Assembly (NCBI GenBank): GCA_963805975.1
Contig: CAWDVR010000003.1
Coordinates: 704,001 to 768,000, forward strand
DNA: 64,000 bases
DNA from: an uncultured Acidobacteriota bacterium
GTDB lineage: Bacteria > Acidobacteriota > Thermoanaerobaculia > Multivoradales > SZUA-115
Direction of reading: 5' to 3'
Part shown: positions 35,434 to 43,873 of the stretch, in pieces
Layout of the letters: each line of letters opens with the position of its first letter
Numbering within the stretch: the stretch's first letter is position 1
The notes under the pieces: model-generated
Told to the model about the DNA's origin: nothing
Seen by the model: only the letters and a program-made list of their open reading frames with translations
Database searches by the model: none
Position numbers and translations under genes: made by a program

Positions 35434-37292
35434 TGGCCGAGCCGCCGGCCCCCAGCACGCCACCCGCGTCAGGCCCGCCGCCGGTGGCAGCTCCGCCGCT
35501 GCCCGCCTGGGCCGAGGAGATGCGCAGCGCCTTCCGCTCCGGCACCGCCTCGCAGTTCCTGCTCTACGGCAACATCTTCGACCTCGTCCCCTCGACCGAC
35601 GAGAAGGGCAGGCGCCACTTCACCTCGCTCAGGGCTTTCCTCGCCGAGTCGATGTTCCAGCCCTTCGACGTGGTGCTCGCCTACGACCGCGGGCGCGGCA
35701 TCCGGGCGATCAAGGGCAGCGAGGCCTTCCACCGCTTCTTGAAGGCGTTCGACACCTTCCAGGGCACGAGCTGGGCCGGCATGCCGGCCGACTCGCCCGA
35801 CAAGGTCGAGAACCTGGAGCTGGGGAACCTCTTGCCGCGGGACCCCAAGCGGGCGCTCGAGCTGCTGGACCGCTTCCTCCGCGCGAGCCAGCTCCGCACC
35901 GAGCCGGACACCAAGGGCGGGCGCAAGCAGGCGCCGCTCAAGGTGGCGGTGCTCATCGACTACGCGCACTTCATCGCGCCCCAGGGCGAGGCGATCTACC
36001 TGGCGAGCGACCTGTCGCAGAATTTGATTCGCCTGCTCGACTGGGCCTCGGACCCGTCCCTCACCGGCGCCTGGGTGGCGACGGTGCTGATCTCCGAGAA
36101 CCTGACCGACATCAACCGCCTGCTGGTCGAGAACCCCTACTCGGCGAAGATCCACATCCCGCTGCCCAACGGGGAGGAGATCCTCGACTACGTGACCTGC
36201 CTCACCGCCGAGCAGCCGAACTTCGAGAAGTCCTGCGAGGTCTCCCGCGAGGTGCTGGCCGGCAAGCTCGTGGGCCTGTCGCGCGTCAACGTGCGCAACC
36301 TGGTGCTGCGTGCGCTCGGAGGCGGCGAGCTGATCACCGGCAAGTACCTCTCGAAGCTCAAGAAGGAGCTGATCGAGAAGGAGGCGGCCGGGAGGATCGA
36401 GTTCATCGAGTCCCGCCGCACGCTCGACGACGTGGCGGGGCACGAGGAGGCCAAGGCCTGGCTGCGGCAGGACGCCGAGCTGCTGCGGCGCGGGCGCCTG
36501 CGGGCGATCCCCATGGGCTACCTCCTCTGCGGGCGGATCGGCACCGGCAAGACCTTCCTCGTCGAGTGCTGGGCCGGCGAGGTCGGCGTGCCGGTGGTCG
36601 AGATCAAGAACTTCCGCGAGCGGTGGGTGGGCGCCACCGAGGGCAACCTGGAGCGCATCTTCAACATCCTGCGCGCCCTGGGGCAGGTGGTGGTGTTCGT
36701 GGACGAGGCCGACCAGGCTACGGGTAAGCGCGGCGGCGGCGACGGCGACTCCGGCCTCTCCGGCCGCATCTACGGCATGCTGGCCAAGGAGATGAGCGAC
36801 ACGCGGAACCGCGGCAAGATCATCTGGGTCTTCGCCACCAGCCGCCCGGACTTGGTGGAGGTGGATCTGAAGCGCCAGGGCCGGCTGGACGTCCATATCC
36901 CGCTCTTCCCGCCCGGCGACCCCGAGAGCCGTCGCAGCCTCTTCCGCTCGATGGCGAAGAAGGTCGGCATCGGCGCGGCGTCCGAGGAGATCCCCGACCC
37001 GCCGGACAACGAGCAGGTGGGCGGCAACGAGATGGAAGGCATCCTGGTGCGCGCGCTCCGCGTCTACGAGACCCAACCCGAGGGCGCCACCCCGCGCCCG
37101 CTGGGGGAGGTCATCCGCGAGGCGATCGCGGACTTCCGCCCCTCCGCCCACATCGAGCGCCTCACCTTCATGGACCTGCTGGCAGTAAAAGAGGCGACGG
37201 ACGCACGCTTCCTCCCGGAGCGGTTCCGCAAGCTCTCCCTGGCCGAGGTGAACCGGCGGATAGAGGAGCTGCGGCGGGTGATCGGGGAGTAG
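35433..37292 (+). CDS. Classical-clade AAA+ ATPase (SpoVK/Ycf46/Vps4 family) with degenerate N-terminal AAA-like domain
   Basis: GRIGTGKT, pore loop RWVGATEGN, VFVDEAD, SRH ATSRPD...KRQGRLD; N-half lacks Walker A. Confidence 0.9.
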   Translation: MAEPPAPSTPPASGPPPVAAPPLPAWAEEMRSAFRSGTASQFLLYGNIFDLVPSTDEKGRRHFTSLRAFLAESMFQPFDVVLAYDRGRGIRAIKGSEAFHRFLKAFDTFQGTSWAGMPADSPDKVENLELGNLLPRDPKRALELLDRFLRASQLRTEPDTKGGRKQAPLKVAVLIDYAHFIAPQGEAIYLASDLSQNLIRLLDWASDPSLTGAWVATVLISENLTDINRLLVENPYSAKIHIPLPNGEEILDYVTCLTAEQPNFEKSCEVSREVLAGKLVGLSRVNVRNLVLRALGGGELITGKYLSKLKKELIEKEAAGRIEFIESRRTLDDVAGHEEAKAWLRQDAELLRRGRLRAIPMGYLLCGRIGTGKTFLVECWAGEVGVPVVEIKNFRERWVGATEGNLERIFNILRALGQVVVFVDEADQATGKRGGGDGDSGLSGRIYGMLAKEMSDTRNRGKIIWVFATSRPDLVEVDLKRQGRLDVHIPLFPPGDPESRRSLFRSMAKKVGIGAASEEIPDPPDNEQVGGNEMEGILVRALRVYETQPEGATPRPLGEVIREAIADFRPSAHIERLTFMDLLAVKEATDARFLPERFRKLSLAEVNRRIEELRRVIGE

Positions 37293-37300
37293 GGGGGCGT

Positions 37301-37328
37301 TTGACAAGCCGTACGTCTCGTCTACACT
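37301..37328 (+). promoter_or_regulatory. Sigma-70 promoter of TA module, likely leaderless
   Basis: TTGACA-N16-TACACT, 6 nt before ATG 37335, no RBS. Confidence 0.65.
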
Positions 37329-37334
37329 CGCGAT

Positions 37335-37556
37335 ATGACCAAGGCAGCGATCGCCAGAGCAGCGCTCCAGCTCCCGGTGGAGGATCAGCTCGAGTTAGCA
37401 CAGGCCCTCTGGGACCGCGCATCCCCTCCAAGCGACTTCGAGCTAACACCAGAACTCAAGGAGCTGCTCGAGTTGCGCCGGCAGGAAGCGCTTGAGAACC
37501 CTGTTGCGGGCGTGCCCTGGGATGAGGTCCGGGATCGACTGCTGAAGCGCGCATGA
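37335..37556 (+). CDS. Addiction-module antitoxin component (TIGR02574-like)
   Basis: ALQLPVEDQLELAQALWD...VPWDEVRDRL. Confidence 0.85.
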   Translation: MTKAAIARAALQLPVEDQLELAQALWDRASPPSDFELTPELKELLELRRQEALENPVAGVPWDEVRDRLLKRA

Positions 37557-37846
37557 AGCTCATCGTCCGGCGCTACGTCGAGTCCGAGCTCGACCAGGCC
37601 GCAGCTTGGTATGAAAGCCGACAACCCGGCCTGAGAGATCGCTTCCTTCGCGCGGTGGATTCGACCCTGAAGCAGGTAGCTGCGAACCCCCAGCTCTACC
37701 AAGTCGTCCACCTCGACATCAGGCGGAGTGCTGTTCATGGGTTCCCGTACAGCGTCTTCTACTTGGTCCTCGCCAACAGGGTCGAGGTGATCGGCGTCGT
37801 ACACGATGCCCGGCATCCCGCTGTCTGGAAACGGCGGCGGCGGTAG
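37553..37846 (+). CDS. parE: ParE/RelE-family toxin
   Basis: ELDQAAAWYESRQPGL, GFPYSVFY, VIGVVHDARHP. Confidence 0.88.
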   Translation: MKLIVRRYVESELDQAAAWYESRQPGLRDRFLRAVDSTLKQVAANPQLYQVVHLDIRRSAVHGFPYSVFYLVLANRVEVIGVVHDARHPAVWKRRRR

Positions 37847-37901
37847 GCACGGTCAAATCGGTCGTGGCCTTAATGTCAGCTTGCGATAAGCTTGCGTTAC
37901 C

Positions 37902-40813
37902 GTGACCAAGCAGGTTCTGGGATGGGTGCTTGCGCAAGCAGAATCCAGTCGACCGGGCTATTCACCGAGCTCGAGAAGTCGAGCAGGCGGGGCGGCATCG
38001 AGGCCGACGAGGTCACGCAGCTTCAAGGGCTGGTCCTGGGAGTGGCGGATCTGGTCGGCCCCCATCTCGACCAGATTCAGCAGACCTTCGAGCAGTACAC
38101 TCAGCACAACCTGGAGCACAGCCGGAACGTGGCCGAGCACATGGCTCGCATCGTGCCAGGGGCTACGCTCGCCCAGCTCAACGCTCTCGAACTAAGCCTC
38201 TTGCTCCTCGCAGCCCTGCTGCACGACGTGGGCATGGTGGTCAGCACGCAGGAGGGCGAGAGATCACACAGGCAACGGAGTTCCGCGACTTCCTGCAGCT
38301 CTCGGGCGCAGAGCGACTGCGGGCCGCGCAGGCCGCGAGGGAGCGAGGAGATGCCTGGAGAGCGCGGCGCATCGACACGGCGCTGCTTGCCGAGTTCGTA
38401 CGACGGCACCACGCGAAGCGCGTTCACGACTTCATCGGCAGACACTTCGCCGACCGCTTGGACTTTCGGCAGATGTCCTTCGCACGGGACCTCGGCCAGC
38501 TCTGTGAGAGCCACGCCTGGCCGTTGGAGAAGGATTACAAGGAAGGGCGCTCGGTCGCGGAACTCCCCACCGACCGACGTTTTGAAGGCGTGCCCGTCAA
38601 CCTTCAGTATCTCGCCTGCCTGCTGCGCCTTGCGGACATCCTGGACTTCGACCGCTCGCGCACTCCTCTTCTTGTCTTCGAGAGTAAGGCGTTCACCGAG
38701 GAGAAGAGCTGGGAGGAGTGGAACAAGCACCTCTCAGTACGCGGCTGGAACATTGACCCGACGACTGTCGCCTACCAGGCCGAATGCAGCCACCCGAGCT
38801 TTTACGTAGCCGTGCAAGGGTTTCTGGACTGGATCGACCAGGAGCTGCGAGCCTGCCGCTACCTGCTAGACGGGCAGCCAGCGGAAGTCGCCAGTCGGTA
38901 CGAGCTTCGCCTTCCCGTCGCTGTAGACCGCCGGAAGGTGAAGATGGACGACCCGATGGTGCTGCCCGGAGGTTTCCGCTTCCAGCTCGAGTACGAGGAG
39001 ATATTGAACCTTCTCATGGACAGGAGCCTCTACCCGGACGACTCGCTGTTCCTGCGCGAGCTGTTGCAGAACTCCCTCGACGCTGTCATCGCAAGCAGGC
39101 CGAGGCAAAGCTCGTCTATGGCTACGATCATGCGCGCCACTACGAACCGCGGATTGTGGTTCTCGACTACCAGGACGATCCCAAGGAGCCACGCATCGAG
39201 TTCCTGGATAACGGCGTCGGAATGTCGCAGCGCGTCGTGGAGCAATTCTTCCTGCGGGTCGGCAAGAGCTACTACAAGTCACCGGAGTTCGAGACTGAGC
39301 GAGCGCGTTACCAGGAAGCGGGCATTCAGCTCGACGTATGCTCGCAGTTTGGTATCGGCATCCTCTCCTGCTTCATCGTGGCGAATCGGCTTCGGGTAGA
39401 GACCTACCAGCATGGGCAGGAGCCTCTGAGGCTAGCGGTGGATGGACCCTCGAAGTACTTCGTGATCCGGCGGCTCTGCCGACAAGCGCAGCAGCCGTTC
39501 GACAGGCAGCCCACGAAACCTGAAGATGACGGGCCGCCAGAGCGAACGGGAACTCGAGTAGTTGTGGCGCTGAAGGAGGGGACGAGACTCGATCTGCTGG
39601 AGGTTCTTCAACGATTTGCGGTGAACCTCGATACGCCTGTCTGGATTCTTGACGGAAGCGCGGGTGACCCGAAGCGACTCTCGCGGCGCCAGTGGGATGG
39701 GGCTCCACCGACTCTGAGGAAGTTCGTCGAAGGAACCCAGCGCTACGGGGAGAATCCTACGAGCTTCTCGACGAGTTGCAAGCCTTGGTTCAACAGAGGT
39801 TCAGAGACTGGCGCCTCAAACTCAAGGGAGTGCCCGAGTTCGCCTGCTTTTTCCAGCCAGTGTCGATCATGCAGGGCAGTACGCCCCGGGCGGATGTGGC
39901 GAAGGGGATTCTCCCACTTCTGAAGGCGGACGCGGATGAGCCTTTCCAGGAGTTTCTGAGGCGGCAGCAAGCTCAGCTCGGTTTCACCGATGACCACACC
40001 TTTGCCGTGGACCGCGATAGCGCGTGGAGGAGCTTCTCGAGTTCAGAGCGTGAGTGGATTGTTGAACGCGTCCGCTCGATCGCCGAGGGGCTTTCGGAAT
40101 CCAGTGAGAGAACTCCAGCCGAGGTAGCGCAGGAGCTCCTGGAAGCCTCCCTTGATCTGACGTTACGGGAACTTCGACCGTTCCAGTACTCGCCTCAGAT
40201 TCCTTGCGGCTACTCCCTGGCACTAAACTCGGTGTTGATACCTCAAGGAATCGTCGCATGGGAGCCAGAGACTTTTCGGACTGGGAGGCCCCGGATCGGG
40301 AACCATTGTGGTGGGGCTTGGCTCGATGTCCGCGGAGCTTGTGCACCGAAGCCCAGTGCCAATCGGCTGTTCTTGCCCCGTGAGCGTGCAGCGAGACTTG
40401 CTGTCGGCTACGGGCAATTCGTGTTCGATGAGGCTCTCCGTTTGGAGATGCCGCTCTCCAGCGGTCAAGGTTGGCGGAACTGGCTGAGAAGCGTTGTTTC
40501 CGGTGTTGTGGATTCCCTTGCAAGCTTTGAGAGCATCGAGGCCCTTCGGCAGCGGGTCGGGACGGATGCTGAGGGGCTGGGCATCATGTGCTGGTTCGCC
40601 GGAAAGAGCGAGGTGGTTAGTCGTGGCGAGCTAAGACAAGCGTTCGCGCAGGCGGTTCCCATGGTGAACAGGTTTGGGCACTCATCGCACCAAACTGGGC
40701 TGGATGCGAGGGATGGGATCAACCGACTACTGCTTTCACATCTCGTGGGCAAGGATCTCGCAACCGTAGAGCGTCTTCCACTCGACCGTCTCGATCCCGA
40801 CGAGATCGCCTGA
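37902..40813 (+). pseudogene. HD-domain (HD-CE-like) plus HSP90-like GHKL ATPase protein, split by about four frameshifts
   Basis: YTQHNLEHS, ALLHDVGM, LCESH, LRLADILDFDRSRTP, WNKH; then SLYPDDSLFLRELLQNSLDA, DNGVGMS, VGKSYY, SQFGIGILSCF; frame switches near 37945, 38257, 39085, 39757. Confidence 0.82.
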
Positions 40814-41165
40814 CGAGGCTGCCACTCCCCGGCGGTACCATCTGGTTGCGCCGCCGGATCAAGGATGGGAAGGCGCCCAGCGGCCGGCGCTGCCGCCAGC
40901 ATGTGCTCGGAGCCAAGGGGGGAGGTCGATGAAGGCGCTCAACTCGGCGAACAGAGTCACTTGAGATTCTAGATCACCATCGCAAGACCGAGCTGCCGCG
41001 CGCGGGCATTCGGGTCGGCCAGCGCCCCCTTGAGGTCCCAGCCGATTCCGGCACTTGTCGGAGGGAAGCGCTGAGCCACTGATTCTGCGCACTTCCCCGA
41101 AACGGCTGGCGCCGATTGATCGGACGTCCGAAGGCAATGCCTATCCGGGGCGCTAGGATGCCGGA

Positions 41166-42262
41166 ATGCGACCCTTCCGCCTCGGCCTTCTCGTAACCCT
41201 TCTCTCGGCCTCCTCGGCTCTCGCCGCCCAACCCGCCCGCGGCATTCCCGCCAGCTCCGCCCAGCGCTTCGCGGACTTGGCGCTTGCTTGTCTGCACAAG
41301 GAGTACCCCAACAAGATCGCCCATGTGCTGGCGGGTGATGGAGACGTGAAGCCGCCGCGCGATCTCACGCCGGTCTTCTTCGGCTGCTACGACTGGCACT
41401 CCGCGGTGCACGGCCACTGGCTGCTGGCGCGTCTGGCCCGCACCTATCCGGAGGCGCCGTTCGCCGACCCGGCGCGGCAGGCGCTCGCCGCTGAGCCTCA
41501 CACCCCGAGGCTTTGCCGCCGAGGTGGCCTATCTCGAGGGACCGGGGCGCGTCTCCTTCGAGCGGCCGTACGGCCTGGCCTGGCTGCTCCAACTGGCAGC
41601 CGAGCTGTGCGCAGTGGGAGGACCCGTGGGCGCGGGACTGGTCGGCGGCGATGGCACCTCTCGAGCAGGCCGCGGCCCGGCGCCTCCGGGACTGGCTGCC
41701 CAAGCTCTCGCGGCCCATCCGCGGCGGCGAGCACGACCAGACCGCCTTTGCGTTCGGCCTCGTGGCGGACTGGGCGCGCATCCGGCAAGACCAGAGCATG
41801 GCCGAGCTGCTGGAGGCGCGCGTCCGCGAGCTGTACCTGGCCGACCGCCACTGCCCTCTGAGCTACGAGCCGGGTGGGCAGGACTTCCTCTCCCCTTGCC
41901 TGGGTGAGGCGGACCTCATGCGCCGCTTCCTGCCGCCGGCCGAGTTTGCCCGCTGGCTGCGCGAGTTTCTGCCGGAGATCCCGAGGAACGGCTCGGCAGC
42001 GTGGCTGGTGCCGGCGGTGGTGACCGACCCGACCGACCCCAAGCTCGCCCACCTCGATGGACTGAACCTCTCGCGGGCCTGGATGCTCGAGGGCATCGCC
42101 TCCGGCCTGCCGCCCAAAGACAGGCGCCGTGCCTCGCTCCTCGCCGCGGCCCACGAGCACCGCGTGAAGGGCCTCGCCGCCGTCACCGGCGAGCACTACG
42201 AGGGCGGTCACTGGCTGGGGAGCTTCGCGGTGTACCTGGTGACCGGGCGAGGGCTCGACTGA
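41166..42262 (+). pseudogene. DUF2891-like secreted protein, two frameshifts (near 41490 and 41608; possibly sequencing indels)
   Basis: KEYPNKIAH, FFGCYDWHSAVHGHW, SFERPYGLAWLL, AHLDGLNLSRAW, HYEGGHWLGSFA spread over three frames. Confidence 0.82.
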
Positions 42263-42344
42263 GCCGAGCGGACGTCAACGCGGCAGGGCTTCCCTCGGAC
42301 CGAGACCTCGCAAGGTGACGACCCGAGGGGGCTTTGCGACAGCA

Positions 42345-43298
42345 CTACGGCACCGTCAGGCTCCAGGCGGAGGTGTCCCCGCTCTCGAAGCCGTCGTTGA
42401 AGATCACCTCTACGCAGACGTTCCGGATCGCGCCCTCGTACTCGCCGATCGGGTTGCTGGAGGAGAGGGTGGTGAGGGCGCCGGTCGTGGTGTCGATGGT
42501 GCCGAACCGGTTGGCGCCGCCGCCCTGGTAGGTCCAGGCGTAGAGAGCTCCCGACTCGTTGTCGAAGTCCATCCCCTGTGCGAAGTTGGAATCGAAGCCG
42601 GTCGGCCCCACCAGGGTCACCGCGCCGGTCGCCGGGTTGATGCGGTAGATCGAGTCGGTGGCGACGTCGTGCCCGAACAGCTCGCCCGCGCAGTTCATGG
42701 CGAGGGCGATCATGCCGGTCGAGGTTGCGTCCTGGCCCACCAGGGTGGCCGCTCCGGTGGTGGGGTTGAGGGTGTACAGGCCGTAGGGGACGTTCACGGC
42801 ACTGGCGATGGCGCTCGCATACATCACCCCGGAGACCGGGTCGACGGCCATCCCGCTCCAGAGGTTGTGGCCCGCCACCGAGGGGGTGCTGGTGCCGATG
42901 AGAGAGAAGGCCCCGGTCGTGAGATCGTAGGTGCCGAGCTGGAATGGGCTCGAGTTGAGCGCGTAGAGGGTGGTGGCCGTGGGCTCGAAGTCCGTGGCGA
43001 AGACCTGGTCGGTCACCGAGGCGTCCACGACCGAGAAGCCCGGGAAATTGTTGAGCGCATGGAAGCCGAAGCGGGAGTTCCAGAAGTCCTTGTTGTAGGC
43101 GAGATCGGTGGGAGCCGCGGGTGCGTCCGTCGAGGTTTTTTCCGGTACGACGCAGGGGAAAAGCGAGGGAGTCTCCGCGTCGCCGGAGGTTTCCTGGGGA
43201 GTGCAGCCCAAGAGCTGTGCTCCTCGGGTGGCAGGGCCGGCGGCAAAGAAGAACAGGGTCGACAGGCAGATCATTCTGACTCTGAGGCTCATCCTCAT
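42345..43298 (-). CDS. Secreted beta-propeller-like protein with C-terminal FxDGFE motif
   Basis: Signal peptide; repeats LTTGAFSLIG, NPTTGAATLVG, NPATGAVTLVG, DTTTGALT; ends IFNDGFESGDTSAWSLTVP. Confidence 0.8.
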   Translation of the reverse strand: MRMSLRVRMICLSTLFFFAAGPATRGAQLLGCTPQETSGDAETPSLFPCVVPEKTSTDAPAAPTDLAYNKDFWNSRFGFHALNNFPGFSVVDASVTDQVFATDFEPTATTLYALNSSPFQLGTYDLTTGAFSLIGTSTPSVAGHNLWSGMAVDPVSGVMYASAIASAVNVPYGLYTLNPTTGAATLVGQDATSTGMIALAMNCAGELFGHDVATDSIYRINPATGAVTLVGPTGFDSNFAQGMDFDNESGALYAWTYQGGGANRFGTIDTTTGALTTLSSSNPIGEYEGAIRNVCVEVIFNDGFESGDTSAWSLTVP

Positions 43299-43418
43299 CC
43301 CTCCCGAGGGGGTCGCGAACGCGGAGCAAGAGGCTTCCGAGTTAGAGACGGACGCAGTCGCGGGTTTTCTGCGCCCCAGACCGTCCAGCCGTTCCGGCTC
43401 GGCCGGGGAGTCAGCGCC

Positions 43419-43434
43419 TGGCAGGAGCCTTGCT
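43419..43434 (+). promoter_or_regulatory. Putative sigma-54 promoter
   Basis: TGGCAGGAGCCTTGCT, GG-N10-GC, about 50 nt upstream of small ORF 43483. Confidence 0.5.
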
Positions 43435-43482
43435 GTGAAGGGGCGCGAGCTAGGCTAGAAACTTCGAACCGAGGAGGGAGCG

Positions 43483-43620
43483 ATGAGCAAGCTGTTGCGA
43501 GGTGTGGTTGCGGGGTACGGAGCGAAGAAGCTCACCGGAGGGTGCGGCTGTACTGCGATCATCGTCTTCATCCTTCTGTGGTGGCTCCTGGGCGAGTCGG
43601 GCATTCAGATCTTCCAGTAA
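43483..43620 (+). CDS. 45-aa single-TM small protein (absent from ORF track)
   Basis: GAGGAGG RBS; MSKLLRGVVAGYGAKKLTGGCGCTAIIVFILLWWLLGESGIQIFQ followed by TAA TAG. Confidence 0.75.
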   Translation: MSKLLRGVVAGYGAKKLTGGCGCTAIIVFILLWWLLGESGIQIFQ

Positions 43621-43873
43621 TAGCGCGGCGGCGCGGGACTCGGGCCCTGGGCTGAGCACCGGCGATTTCCAGACCTACTGGCCCATGGGGCCCATGACCC
43701 GCCAGGACTGCTGCAGCGGTGAGGGTGTGGTCTGCCCACCGGGTTATATGCTGGCGGGTCTCGTCGCCTGGGTGCCGCAGGGCGGGTATCTCTCCATCTG
43801 CCCCGACCACGAGCTGGCTGCGCCAGCCGAGAAGTCTCCATCCTGGGCTCGAGCCGCTGGCGGCCAAGGATCG

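Noticed and set aside
37902-40813. Programmed ribosomal frameshifting or a multi-gene operon in the HD-HSP90 locus
   Set aside because: Breaks fall inside domains with no slippery heptamers or internal RBS/starts; indels explain them better
40814-41165. Possible IS end, att site or ncRNA at the right edge of the lower-GC island
   Set aside because: No terminal inverted repeats, target duplication, tRNA fragment or recognisable RNA motif found by eye; a covariance-model search would be needed
43621-43873. Cys-containing reading frame (MTRQDCCSGEGVVCPPGY...) after the microprotein
   Set aside because: No RBS and no stop before running antisense into the ABC1 kinase; at best a gene remnant
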